Source: Squalus acanthias | Taxonomy: Eukaryota | DNA: 64,000 bases | Reading direction: 5' to 3' | Assembly (NCBI GenBank): GCA_030390025.1 | Contig: CM059432.1 | Location: 145,330,001 to 145,394,000 of the forward strand | Part shown: positions 1-13,499 of the stretch, piece after piece | Layout of the letters: every line of letters begins with the position of its first letter | Numbering within the stretch: position 1 is the first letter of the stretch | Notes under the pieces: model-generated | Seen by the model: only the letters and a program-made list of their open reading frames with translations | The model's database searches: none | What the model was told of the DNA's origin: nothing | Position numbers and translations under genes: made by a program

Positions 1-2880
1 TCATAGCTTACTTTCCCACCTAGCTTTGTATCATCAGCAAACTTGGATACATTACACTCGGTCCCTTCATCTAAGTCATTAATATAAATTGTAAATAGCT
101 GAGGCCCAAGCACTGATCCTTGCGGCACCCGACTAGTTACAGCCTGCCAACCAGAAAATGACCCGTTTATCCCTACTCTGTTTTCTGTCCATTACCTAAT
201 CCTCTATCCATGCTAATATATTACCCCCAACCCAAAAACCCTTATCTTGCATAACAACCTTTTATGTGGCACCTTATTGAATGCCTTTTGGAAATCCTAA
301 TATACAACATCCACTGGTTCCCCTTTATCTACCCTGCTAGTTACATCCTCAAAAAACTCTAATAAATTTGTTAATCACGATTTCCCTTTCATAAAACCAT
401 GTTGACTCTGCCTAATTATATTATGATTTTCTAAATGCCCTGTTACCACTTCCTTAATAATGGATTCCAGCATTTTCCAGACAACTGATGTCAGGCTAAC
501 TGGCCTGTAGTTCCCTATTTTCTCTCTCCTTCCTTTCTTGAATAGTGGGGTTATATTTGCTACCTTCCAATCTGCTGGGACCTTTCAGGAATCTAGGGAA
601 TTTTGGAAGATCACAACTAATGCATCCACTATCTTTGGAGGCACCTTTTTAGAATCCTAGGATGTAGGCTATCAGGTCCAGGGGATTTGTCGGCTTTTAG
701 TCCCATTAGTACTGGTTCTCTACTAATATTAATTACTTTAGGTTCCTCACTCTCAATAGCCCCTTGGTTCCCCACTATTTTTGGTATGCTTTTTGTGTCT
801 TCTTTTGTGAAGGCAGATACAAAACATTTGTTTAAAGTCTCTGACATTTCCTTATTCCCCATCAGAATTTCTTCTGTCTCAGCCTCTAAGGGACCAATGC
901 TTACTTTTGCTACTCTCTTCCTTTTTACATACTTGTAGAAGCTCGTACGATCTGTTTTTATATTTCTTGCTAAGTTACTCTCATTGTATTTTCTCCCTTT
1001 ACTAAATTCAAATTTTGGGTCATCCTATGCTGGTTTCTAAAGCTTTCCCAATCCTCAGGCTTACTACTATTCTTCACAGCATTATAAGCCTCTTTTTTAA
1101 TCTACTACTATCCTTAACGTCTTTAGTTAGCCATGGATGGATCACTTTTCCCATTAAGTTTTTATTTCTCAAAGGAATGTATATTCTTTGAGAAATTTGG
1201 AATATTTCTTTAAATGTTTGCCACTGCTTATCTACCGTCATACCTTTTAATCTAATTTCCCAATCTACCTTAGCCAACACACCGCTCATACCTATGTAAT
1301 TGGCTTTATTTAATTTAAGACGCTAGTTTCGTACTTAAGTATTTCACTCTCAAACCCAATGTGAAATTCTATCATATTATGATCACTCTTCCCCAAATGA
1401 TCATTTACTTTGAGGTTACTAATTAACCCTATCTCATTACACAATACAAGATCTAAAATAGCCTGTTCCCTGATTGGTTCCACAATGTATTTTTCTAGGA
1501 AACTGTCTCAAATGCATTCCATTAACTTGTCCTCCAGACTACCTGTGCCAATTTGATATGCCCAGTCTATATGAAGATTAAAGTTCCCCACAATTATTGC
1601 ATTACCTTTGTTACAAGCTCCTATTATTTGTTGATCAATACTCTGTCCAATGGTATAGCTACTGTTGGGGGGCCTATAAACTACTCCCAACAGTGTTTTG
1701 TGCCCCTTGTTATTTCTTACTTCCACCCATACTGATTCTGCTTCCTGGTCTTCTGAGTCAAGATCCTTTTTCACTACTGTCCTTATGTCATCCTTTATTA
1801 TCAGGGCTACCCCCCATCCTTTTCCATTCTGCTTGTCTTTCTGAAATGTCAAGTACCCTGGAATATTTAGTTCCCATCTTTGGTCACCTTGCAATCACGT
1901 CTCTGTAATGGGTATTAGATCAAACCCATTTATCTCTATTTGTGCCACTAATTCGTCTATCTTGTTACAAATGCTTTGTGCATTCAGATAAAGAGCCTTT
2001 AATTTTAACTTTTCACCATTATTCCCTGCTTTCACCTTATTTGCTGATGCACTATTACCGTTAAACTCTCTGTCCCTTCCTGTCACACTCTGCTTATCTT
2101 TACCCAAATCGCTACACTGCTCCATTGCCTTGACTTTTCTCTTGATTTCTAAATTCCCCCATACCTGACCCCTCCCTTTTTAGTTTAAAGCCCAATCTAC
2201 AGCCCTAGTTATTTGATTCACCAGGACACTGGTGCCTGCCTGGTTTAAGTGGAGCCCGTCCCAACTGAATAGCTCCCTCTTTCCCCAGTACTGCTTCCTG
2301 TGCCCCATGAATCGAAACTCCTTCCTCCCACATCACTCTTTGAGCTAGGCATTTAACTCTCTGATCTGCTTGTTCCTATGCCAATTTTTGCGTGGCTCAG
2401 GTAACAATCCAGAGATGAATACCTTTGAGGTTCTACATTTTAATTTGGATACTAGCTCTTCAAACTCTCTCAGAAGAACCTCATTCCTAGTTCTACCTAT
2501 GTCATTGGTTCCTACATGGACCACCGCAACTGGATCCTTGGCCCTCCCACTCCAAATTCTTCTCCAGGGATATCCTTAATCCTGGCACCAGGCAGACAAC
2601 AGAGCCTGCGGAACTCCTGGTCGCAGCTGCAGAGAACAGTATCTATCCCCCTGACTATACTGTCCCCTACCACAACAACATTCCTTTTTACTCCCCCCAC
2701 TTGAATGGCCTCCTGTACTACGGTGCCGTGATCAATTTGCTCATCCACCCTGCAGACTCTGCCCTCATTCAAACAGGCAGCAAGAACCTCCTACCTGTTG
2801 GATAAGGGCAAAGGCTGAAGCTCCTCCAGCACTGCACCTGGGGTCCGGTTAACTGCCTGAGTCGCAGTCACACCCTCCTG
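1..2880 (-). mobile_element. CR1-clade LINE, degenerate (ORF1 SGNH/GDSL esterase remnant, ORF2 APE endonuclease and RT remnants); continues past the window start
   Basis: Minus-strand fragments: VVVVGDSIVRGID..CCLPGARIKDI (ORF1 esterase, 2512-2772); LKALYLNAQSICNKIDEL..ITET, LGVVYRPPNS and IIVGNFN (APE); [24 protein letters not shown] at about 15-45. Many stops and frameshifts. Confidence 0.9.
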
Positions 2881-4869
2881 TCCTGTCTTGAAAAGCTTGA
2901 GGACCTCTTGACACATTTTTGATCCATGGTTTCAAATTGCTGCTTATTGATTCTGCTTGAAGAGCAGTCCAGGTTTAATTCCTGCAGCATGCTGTGCCAT
3001 TAATCACAACTCTATCCCCCTCTACCCTACGTATTTTTTGGGCTTCCCGGCCCAACTACCCGATAGAAAGGCGTGAATCCCGCCAGCAATTGAGATAACC
3101 CTGCCATTTGGGGCCGTAGAGATGGTGGAATTCCTACTCTGACACACAGCGGATTGCGGGAATCGGAGTTTCCGGGACTATGTCTTCTAAGTAGAATTTT
3201 AAAATGGGAAATGTTTGGCATTAAACCAGTAATTGTCTTATAGGACCAGATTTTATTTTCTGCGTCAGGCTCTATATGGCTTCTTGCTTCTAATTTTGGC
3301 TTTTTACGTGACCATTTCCCTCCTTAAAATACATCTGGCTTTAAAGAAGTTGTTTAGTTATTGGCACAAGAACGTATGACACTCCCCATCTGTTGATGAA
3401 ATTAATTTCTATTTCAGTATTTCTTTGTAATAAATTCTGGACCAAAAATCAGTAAGTGTAACAGTTGTGATCCTTATAAACACCCTGTTTAATGACTCTA
3501 GTAATAGAGGACTTTTTATTTGAACTAGTGTTATCACAGCAGGGGTCTTCCTTGGTTAAACACTCTGCCTATTCCCTTGGAGAAGGCACTGCAGATGGCG
3601 TGAGCTCATTCTTTTTCACGCTGAGGTCCTGCCCTGTTTCCACAGGATATAGAGTATGAGCTGATGTGAAGAAACAAGTGTAATTTAAGCTAGTGCCCAA
3701 TTATGAACCACCAAGTAGAAGACTTTATGCTGCCAATTTGTAAAGTAGTTTATTGTGGAACCAGTTTGGATTCTGAACATTAACAAGCATCAAACTCACC
3801 AGATAAATCCACATACAAGCCATAACTTAATATACAATTCAGTTCTTGCAGCATTAACACCCTGGTGATAAAATTTCTTTACTCATTTATTTCTTTTAAA
3901 GTACTAAAATCATCCTTCCATTCAAATATTATACTATAGTTCTAAGTATCTAAACTCCGGTTGTTCTCGTGATAATTCTTTTAAACAACAGCCCAATGAA
4001 CAAAAAGACTTGCATTTATATAGTGCCTTTCACGACCACCGGACGTCTCAAAGTGCTTTACAGCCAATGAAGTACTGTACTTTTGAAGTGGAGTCACTGT
4101 TGCAAAGTAGGAAATTGCTTGATATGGTTTATCATAAAAACTAAATGCTCAACTGTCCTTTCATTTTGGTTTCTAACAGCACAACAATTTGCTGGTCACT
4201 AAGAAACAAATTTTGTATATTATGAAAAAAAGAACATCCTTGTAAGTTCATACAAAGCTGCAGTTTAACCTTATGTTTCAAATTAAGTTCACAATCATTT
4301 AAACTGCGTTCTCTCAAATTGATATTACCCAAACCTTCATTTAAATTATAGTCTCGATGCTTACTGCCAATCATTTATTATTCTTTTTACAAGCTCCACT
4401 AGTCATATATTTATTGAAAAAAGTTGAAAGCTGTTTTGAATATTCAGGTAGAATATCAATTAAGACCGGTGTTGTTCATGTGCCAATTATATTTTCTTTA
4501 GGGTAGCTTTGCTTAATTCATCATCCTTGCTTTCATGTTCATCTTTCATCAAATGTAGTAGTTACTGTCATGGAAACTCAGATCTGTCACTTTATTTTGA
4601 GAGATTTAAGAAAATGGCTTCAGCCAGCCATGTCTCTGGGAAGTGTGTGAGAAGATGCTATTGTTCTGCAATAAAGGTGGTATCTAACTGATCAGTACCA
4701 ATAGCTGGCAGCATTCAATCAAACCTAGTCTTCATATTCACGGAGAAATACCTGTCCCAAATGGGGTTTATTTCCTTTAATGCATATTGGGTTATACAAA
4801 GTAGTTGATTGCTACATCTGTGGGTCTCCTCCGCATTGTTACCAATGTGAATAATTTTGGGTGATGGCT

Positions 4870-5540
4870 ATCTCAAGGTTCGCAACCTCAGCATCCTATT
4901 CAAGCCTGAACAGAGCTTCCAACCCCATAACCTCTCCAGCACAAAGATCGCCTACTTCTACCACTAACATCACGCAGCTCAGCCCTTGTGCTGCTGAAAC
5001 TCTCATCCATGCCTTTATCAGCTTCAAACTCAGCTATTCCAATGCTCTCCTGGTCAGCCTACCATCCTCCATACTTTGTAAACTTCAACTCATCCAAAGC
5101 TCTACAGCTCGCATCCTATCCTGCATCAAGTCCCCATCACCCCAGTCCTTGGTGACCGACATTGACTCCCAATTTAAAATTCTCATTCTTGTTTCAAATT
5201 CCTCCATGGCCTCGCTCATCCCATCTCTAATCTCCTCCAGCCTTACAAGTCCCCCACGCCTGACCAAGAACTCTCCATTCCTTGGACTCTGACCTCTTGT
5301 GCATTCCTCTTTCCCTTCACCCCACCATTAGTGGCTGTGTCTTCAGCCGTTTCTGGAATTTCTCCCAAAACCCCTCCAACCTGCCTTTTCTCCTTTGACC
5401 CTCCTTAAAACTCAACTTTCTGACCAAGTTTTTGGTCACTCCTTCTTTGGTTCAGCCTCCATTTTTGTCTGATTATGCCTCTGAGGCACCTTAGGACATT
5501 TTTCTAAATTAAAGGCTCTATATAAATGCAAGCTGCTGCT
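4870..5540 (+). mobile_element. L2-clade LINE 3' fragment
   Basis: AAETLIHAFISFKLSYSNALL..KLQLIQ motif; 3' end ...ttaaaggctctatataaatgcaagctgctgc is shared with other L2 copies in the window. Confidence 0.75.
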
Positions 5541-6855
5541 GCATGATGTTGTGCAACTGGCTACTGTATTCACTTTAGTATCTTGTCTCTTGCTTCTGTA
5601 TATTACTCACCTGTAAATAAATTTGACCAAGTAGTTTTAGCATGTGCATATTTGGTCTGGTGACGTTATTTTTCTCCTTCAAAGATGACATAGAACATGG
5701 TGGGAATCCCACATAACATTAATTATAGAAAATCTACTAGAGGGTAATTGTTAAACCCAAGCAATCTAACCAATGCACATTGCTAAATAAACCCAGGTTT
5801 CAATTCATAGTGGCCTCAGTCGGTTTATGGAAGCTGAAGTCTAGTATGAGCACAAGTGTTTGGAAAAAAACCAAACTGTATCAGTCACTTCTCCCCACTC
5901 TGAAACACTGTGGAACTGTCTGATGATATTGTACTGCTTCCTCTTGCAACAGTCCAAACAGACTTATAGTACATGTGAAGTCATGCTTTCAGAAATCAAC
6001 AGATGGAGGATCTGCTCAAGTAACTGAGGCCACCCCTAATACACAGCTCAGTTGGTATATTTGGCTCATGAGTAGCAACTCACCACCATTGTATTACTCC
6101 CTCATCAGAAAGTGCAGTGGTATTACAACCAAAACACCTCAACCACCAAAATGGCCAGCTTCCTCTCGGTGGTAAGTTGGCAGTCACATTACTACTCATC
6201 TAAAGATTTCTTTACCCCTATGGTTTTTTTCTATAACTTACTGGATGAAGAGACATGACTGTTCAGAGAACTTCCTACATCCATTCATGCCAAGCAAAGA
6301 ATGAAAACTGCCTGCTGAGAGATGTAATATACTCAGTATTTTAATGTGTAAATTATTATTTAAAATATAATTATAGACATTTTCTTACACACTAAGTACA
6401 AGTAAAAAGTGTCTGCACAGAGAAACCAGTCATGGTGTTCAGGAAAACTTTTATTTTTTAGGTTATGGCTATTACATAAAATCACCAACATATACACTGC
6501 ACCATATTAAAGATGGCAAGAACCTACTGATGCATAACTCAACTCTCAAACTAATGCATCATTATGAGAATTATCCTCTTAAAAGATGCAGTTAGAATCA
6601 ATAGTTCTTCCATGCAGTTCATTAAAGCACCGCTTCAAAGCAATAAACCCATCACTATTTTCGGAAGGGTGGGAGGCTGGACAGTATTTAGGGGAACAAA
6701 GCAGATAGTCGAACAGCCCAGTACCTCTGGAGGCGCAAAAGTGGACTTCCATTCAGGATGCCCAAGTTTAAACTCTTCTCCTTTAATAGTTAACTGTACA
6801 GCACCCAGGCTGCAAGAGTAAGATTGTTACATTGAAAAAAAGACAATTAATATGT

Positions 6856-7067
6856 AATAAAAACAGAAAATGCTGGAATTACTCAGCAGGTCAGGCAGCA
6901 TCTGTGGAGAGAGAGAAAGAGAGTTAGCGTTTCAGGTCGATGACCCTTCATCAGAACTGAAACGTTAACTCTGTTTCTCTCTCCACAGATGCTGCCTGAC
7001 CTGCTGAGTATTTCCAGCATTTTGTTTTTATTTCAGATTTCCAGCATTCGCAGTATTTTGCTTTTGT
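6856..7067. mobile_element. Short Penelope-derived (pLTR) insertion with inverted arms and a hammerhead-like core
   Basis: 14-bp TSD gacaattaatatgt (6842-6855 and 7068-7081); inverted arms at about 6856-6935 and 6957-7032; same sequence as the 3' end of the GIY-YIG-bearing element at 62063-62895. Confidence 0.8.
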
Positions 7068-7745
7068 GACAATTAATATGTGTTCTCTTACAAGCAGAAA
7101 AAGGGCCAAAGAGATTTCATTAAGGCTTTGACCCTTTAGGCAACAGAGGATATTGTTGCTTGAATGCAGTGCAATATTTACCCTTCCAGTAATATTTGTA
7201 TACTATGACTTTCAAAAGCTTTAACCTTTTTAAATGTTAAAATGGCGCTTGTAATGCACCTAAATACTATAATAAAGCCTCAAGCATTATGTATTGATAT
7301 TTATTCATCCGTGAATAACTACAGATAGGACTGTAGCGTGTTGCTTTATTTGGGTTTATTTTTGCCCAAGAAATTAAAAGGATATAAGAGACAACTACAA
7401 CTAGATTTAATAACTTGTATAAGTTTGCAGCAGTTCTGTTAATATATGGCAGATAATTAACAGGTAGGTTTTATACACACATACAAGCCCAGCTCTAAGG
7501 CATGGTTACACACAAACTGCAGAAGCTGCAAGCAGAAACTTCAATTTTTTTCTTGGAAACAACACATCAATCAGCAGAGTTATTTGTATACAGGGGAACT
7601 CCAACTCCCATAGAGGTGAACTGACAGTTCCCTTACATGTCAGCAGCCAAAAGAAGGTGACAACTGACGGTTTTTAAGGAAGGGGTTGTTAGTGACAGGA
7701 GCACTTGATAAATGATGGTTGTGTTCCCTAAGCCAATACCTACAG

Positions 7746-7936
7746 TCAGCAGTCATCGCTCATCTCTTCTGGGCTGGCTGCCTGGCAGGTGCTGGGTGGG
7801 GTGAACACAGATGGGTCACTGATCCCTAGCTGCAGATCAAAAAAGCGTGTGGAGGTCGTTACGTTGTAGCTCTTGGTGTAAGTTTCTTGCACTGGATAGC
7901 AATCCTTAACTGTGTAAACTCCAACCCATGTTTCGA
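7746..7936 (-). CDS. EPDR1: Ependymin-related protein 1, coding exon 3 (last)
   Basis: Acceptor tttttcacAG|TC. Translates (F)ETWVGVYTVKDCYPVQETYTKSYNVTTSTRFFDLQLGISDPSVFTPPSTCQAASPEEMSDDC*. Phase matches exon 2. Not in the ORF track; read by hand. Confidence 0.95.
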
Positions 7937-8159
7937 CTGTGAAAAAAGCAGAAATACAGAAATATAAAAATAAATATATTCCCAGGATATGTAAAGGCTA
8001 CTCAATTTGCCCATCGAAAAATGAAGCTGGAGGATTACACAGCAATCTATCATGAAATTATAAAATGATTAAAATACTGGATGTAATTTAGCATTGTTTC
8101 AGTAATGGTAGTTTGGAACTCCTAAAAAGTGTTAGTTAGGTAAAGTATTTGAGCCATGC

Positions 8160-8700
8160 TCTGCTGGCAGAAGTACGTTGATGTAGGTAAGGTGCTGAAA
8201 GGAGAAGGTGCCAGAAGTAGGGGGAAGAGAACAAGTTGAGATTTGCTGGTAAGGGCCACAGTTTGGGGGGGGGGGGGGGGGGGGGAAGGGGAAGGGGGGG
8301 GGGAGGAAGGGGAAGGGGGTGGGTGGGGGTGGAGGGGGCAGTAGGTGGTACTGGTCAGGCAGGGAGATTTTAGTAAGGGACATGGTGTCATCATCTGCGA
8401 GACAAGGTTCCATCGAGGCCATGCAATCCTCCACAATAAGGTCACAGATGACAAAGGCCTTGTTTACAAGTGAACGGACATTCTGGAGGAAGATGTGGAG
8501 AGGGGCAATGATTGCTGATCCATTGGCAGAGTCCAAGGGGTGAGCGGTGGGAAGGGTGAGCAGGACAAGGAGGTGCGTGGTGAAATTAGCCCTAAGCGGG
8601 CATGCTAGGTCAGAAGGTTGGCGAGGAGGATGATGGGGCAGTTGGGGTTGCTGCTCGTAAGGAGCCAGCAACAAATGCCTTGATAGACCCTTTGGAGAAT
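8160..8700 (-). mobile_element. L2-like LINE 5' fragment (start of the APE endonuclease) with a G-rich expansion
   Basis: LHIFLQNVRSLVNKAFVICDLIVED resembles an APE N-terminus (NVRSLxNK); poly-G tract at about 8264-8340. Confidence 0.55.
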
Positions 8701-9409
8701 GCAGAGGAGCAGAGGGAAGTTGTGGGCTTATCCAGAAGTGATTCAAGCCTGGGATGGAGACAGGAGTGTAGGAAGGTAGAGGACTAGTGAAGGGCTGGGG
8801 GTAGGGATTTTGGGGGAACAAAGTACCTGAGAGGAAAGAGATGAAAGGTGACACGACTGAGTGGCAGGAAAGCTAAGATACAGGAATGGCCGAAGAAGGG
8901 TGAAGAGAAGAAAAAAAAAAGGGGAGATAGAAGTAATGGACTCAGGTCCAGAGTAGCAGCCAAAATGCACATGCAAAGAACACAAAGGAAATTCAGGTTA
9001 CATAGGCATAGCAAAGATTAGGATATTGTCCTGGTTGCAAACAGACAATAAGAGAGAGAGTACTATACGGGAGTGTCAGACTAGATTATGAGCACAAACA
9101 CTGAAATGGGATTAAGAGACAAAACTGAGCAACGGTAACACACTTCAGAGGATAAGAAAGCAGAGGAGTTTTCCCAGACACACATGCAAACTAAATGGAA
9201 CTATAAACTGTCCACAAATATAAGCATGTTCAACATCACTTGATGCCGTGACCATCTGACTTCAGTCATTCCAAGGTACACACTTAAATTCGAAGGGTCA
9301 GAATAGACCTTAGCCTCAATCTTTAACAAGAAGCATGGATACCAGCTGATGCTGAAGATTCAGTGCAAGTGTGACACCTCAGTACCAAACACTTGTGTTT
9401 TGCTTTAGA

Positions 9410-10324
9410 GTCATAGTCATAACGGCACAGAAGGAGGCCATTCAGCCCATCGAGTCTGTGCTGGCTCTCTGTAGAGCAATCCAGTCAGTCCCATTCCCCC
9501 GCTCTATCCCCGTAGCCCTGAAAGTTTATTTCTCTCAAGTGCCTATCCAGTCTCCCCTTGAAAACATTGAGTGTGTCCGCTTCTACCACTTCCGTCGGCA
9601 GCGAGTTCCAGGTCATCACCACTCGCTGCGTAAAAAAGTTTTCCCTCATGTCCCCCCTATATCTCTTGGCCAAAACCTTAAATCCGTGTCCCCTAGTCCT
9701 TGTACCATCAACTAGTGGGAACACCCTTTCCCCGTCTAGCCTATCCAAACCTGTCATAATCTTGTACACCTCTATCAAATCACCCCTCAACCTCCTTTGC
9801 TCTAATGAAAACAAATCCAGCTTCTGCAACCTGTCCTTGTAGCTAAGATCCCCCATCCCCGGAACCATTCTGGTAAATCTCCTCTGCACCCTCTCAAGGG
9901 CCTTCACATCCTTCATAAAGTGTGGTGACCAGAACTGGTCGCAATACTTCAGTTGTGGCCTAACCAGCACTTTATAAAGGTTCAGCATAACTTCTCTACT
10001 TTTGTACTCAATACCTCTATTTATGAAACCCAAGATCCCATATGCTTTGCTAACCACTCTCTCAATATGTCCTGTCACCTTCAGGGACCTATGCACATTA
10101 ACTCCCAGGTCCCTCTGTCCCTGCACACTCTTTAAAACTGTGCCATTAAGTGTATATTGCCTCTCCCTGTTCCTTCTGCCAAAATGCATCACCTCACACG
10201 TCTCTGCATTAAATTCCATCTGCCACTTGTCTGCCCATTCTGCTAGCCTTTCTATGTCCTGTTGCAGTCGATTGGTATCATCCTCACTGTTTGCCACACC
10301 CCCAAGTTTGGTGTCATCGGCAAA
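9410..10324 (-). mobile_element. CR1 LINE, 5'-truncated and young (uninterrupted 270-aa RT C-terminal ORF, 9485-10297)
   Basis: [60 protein letters not shown]; 3' hairpin plus ctatgact-type tail; flanked by tttaga (9404-9409 and 10325-10330). Confidence 0.93.
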
Positions 10325-13184
10325 TTTAGAAATTATTAATGGATAAAATTATTAGATAGTTACTTGCAATGTGAGAATGAGCTAGTGATGGGAGGATGGT
10401 TCCAGAACATTAGCACTGAAGATATATTGAGAACAGGTAGGAGACATGTCTGCTGCCAACCCAAATATGGTTTAATTGCTGCACCAGAAGAGTATTGACT
10501 TTGGATATGAGTGATTATTTTGCATGCATTGTGATGGGAGACTGCATAAGCTTGGGTTATATTCTCTGGAGATGAAGTGCAGATTTTCCTCTTGGTTGCA
10601 ATGGTGTCGGAACTTTGGTGAGGTGGGATTCTGCACTGGGCATTTATGTGGATTTTAGGACTGTTTTGAATTATTCTAATCTACAATTTACAAGGAAGAA
10701 AATAATGTCAACTAGACATAAATGTCGACATATTTTTTTCTGTGGTTTCTACACTGATTTACTCCCCCTCTCTCCCCCCCCCCCCAATTTCTAAAGGAGA
10801 TCTCCTTACACCACATTGTTTCTAGGGTTCTGTTAAATAATTAGCCAGCTACTGCCATCACATCAAAACAGTCACCATATTCCCTGCAATTGAGAAAAAA
10901 TTAACCAACTGATGCAATGGGAAACAAGTGGATTTCTAGCAACTACTTGGGAATATGGCTGAAGACATTTGAAGCAAGTACCTTAACCACTACATCAGCA
11001 GACTTCCTGCCAGTTCAACCCCAGTGTGGTTTGGCAACTATTCAATTCCTAGGAGGTACAGTGCCAGAGGCTAGTCATAAAATGCATCTTACCATACAAC
11101 ATTATGTTAGCAAATTTTTTTATAGACTAAAAATATTGTTTGAAATAGAACCATTTCTAATTTCAACGTTCACTCTAAAATTAGGAATTCCTCCTTAGGG
11201 AGTCCCAATTCCCAACACTGTAGATCCTAAACAAACTTTCTTCCACAGCTGCACAATTTTACTCCCAATGTCTTAATGAGCAAAAGGTCTGGTTAAAGTT
11301 CTTAAAATCACAAAATCTCAGATAAAGTAGAATAAATGTGAATATTATTTTCATAATATTATGAATTATCATCTGTAAGAAGAAAATTGAAATAGTTTGT
11401 GTCGTTTTAGGTATTTACACAAAGGATTAGATGTTCTTGCAGCCAAGTACAAGGTTTAAAAGCCAAATCAGTTTTGAACAAACCTTGACATGTCTAGCCT
11501 CTTGCCAACAGCTAAATGGAAAACATTTTGATTGCATGCTGATTCAAATTATCTTCTAGTGCACTTGCGTTTTCAGGACATCTCGTAGGAGCAGGGAGAT
11601 AGAAAGGATATCCAGAAATAGAAAATCTACTTCAGAACATTATAATAAAATGAAGGTGTTGTCTTCTCATTTATATTTTGGATGCTTCAGTCCATGTACA
11701 TGTGTACAGACTATGCAGCAGTTACATTCCGATCTGTAAACTTTTATCATCAAAAAGAATTTCATGAAACTATTTGACTTTCTAGTGCCAAGGATTGTAC
11801 TGGAGGAAAACAAGTAAATATCAACACTACTGGACATCTGAAACATTCCGTTTTTTTTTAAACCTTATTTTCTGAAAAGGTCATATAGATCTGTAGATAT
11901 GAAAGAGACACTGACTGGAGCAAAGCATTTATACTGATCATTTAGACTAACTTGGAAAACTTAAGCTTGTATTATTTTAAAAGTTCTATTTCTTCACTAA
12001 CATTTTGAGCCATCACTCCGCCAACTTTGCACCCATTTTGGGTGCAAATCGAATTTCTCAGCCCATGAGAGTGTGCTATGCCTTGGACATACTCCCAGAT
12101 ATTGCTTGTTTATTTGTTGCCCCATTTACGTGTCCTGTGATCTAGCACTACACTGCAATAATCGTCAACCTTAATGGCAGTGATAAAAAGCTTGATGGGT
12201 AAACAAAACTTTGCAAAATAATACAATGTAAACAAGCAATGTTTGTGAGTATGTCCAAGGCTGCAAAACTTATGGTTTAATTGCCTTAATAGCACAGTCC
12301 CATCTATTCCTTAATCTCTATTGAATGTGCAAGAGATACTCCCAATTAATTTTAATAGTCCACATTCTATATAATTTATACACACAGTGCAACATTAAGT
12401 TACTACTATAGTTAACTGTGAAAATCTTAGTTAAATTACCTCTATTTTAGACATTGATCATTTTACATTAAAATAAGAAATTTGTGGGCTCATAATTCAG
12501 TCTCGAGACCGAAAAAGACTTCAAGTGTGATTATAATTCAAAGTGATTGGCATTTGTTACTGAAAGATTCTACTGTATGTACACAAGATAGTATAAACTG
12601 AATTTGAAATGACTGCTACACTCAACATTTACACAAAACATATGATCTCGTGGCTTGAATATATGTGATGTAAAAACAAGTCTCATTTCAAGTCATTTTC
12701 AGTCAAAATTTCTAAAATTTGAAAGGTTAAGTGAGATATTATTGCAGCTGTCAATAACCTATTCAATGGAAACATGCAGGCTATTTATAAGGCTTTTCAA
12801 GATATCAATGTCTACCCACATAGAATAGAAAGTTTCAGATTATAACTATCCACTTTTTCCCCTCTTTACATGCGTTGATGTATTTATTAAAATTTGTTGA
12901 TATGTGCTTACTTTTGGAAAACCCTTTGACTTCAATGGGATATAAATATTGTCTTGATATTTTTAGAATTTTCTAAGTGATGAGACTGATAACAGCATCC
13001 CCATGGGGGATGCATCAGACAATGATACTGTGTCAAGCCAATTCAATATGTGCCTGCTAGGTGATACAAGGTTGCTTTGTAGCTCACTGAAAGAAATCCA
13101 GAACATAACTTTTATATTTCAAGTGTCTCAAACAGGTTGAGCCATAACACTTTATTGCAACTGTACAAATAGCATGCTACTTAC

Positions 13185-13393
13185 ATTTACGAGCAGGTTT
13201 TCTGTCTGACCATTCTTGGACCTCAATCTGGTCTCCTGGCCCACCGATGTTGTATTGATCTTCATAGGTGGAGTTGTCAGGAATATCATATGGGTCCCAT
13301 GGCTGAATGAGAGGTAGTTTGGAGCACTGCTTTGTCACTTGCTCAATCTTGAAAACGACTGGATTTTTAAACAGATAAATGTATTCATAAAAT
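13185..13393 (-). CDS. EPDR1: Ependymin-related protein 1, coding exon 2
   Basis: Acceptor ccttctAG|A, donor T|GTAAGT; 209 nt; FYEYIYLFKNPVVFKIEQVTKQCSKLPLIQPWDPYDIPDNSTYEDQYNIGGPGDQIEVQEWSDRKPARK, which matches the EPDR1 core. Confidence 0.95.
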
Positions 13394-13499
13394 CTAGAAG
13401 GAACAAAAAAGTGGAATAGAATGTAACGGAGTAAAGAAAGAAAGAACTTGCATTTATATAGCACCATTCATATAAGATTCTATGATTCTACTCTGATGA

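Noticed and set aside
3025..3190. Small CpG-rich patch
   Set aside because: No ORF, RNA fold or terminal repeats that I can support; possibly a repeat fragment.
8122..8854. 240-aa and 110-aa proline-rich ORFs
   Set aside because: They come from an L2 remnant plus a poly-G/C tract; no gene structure.
12989..13007. GCATCCCC-ATG-GGGGATGC hairpin
   Set aside because: An 8-bp stem is expected by chance in 64 kb; no supporting context.
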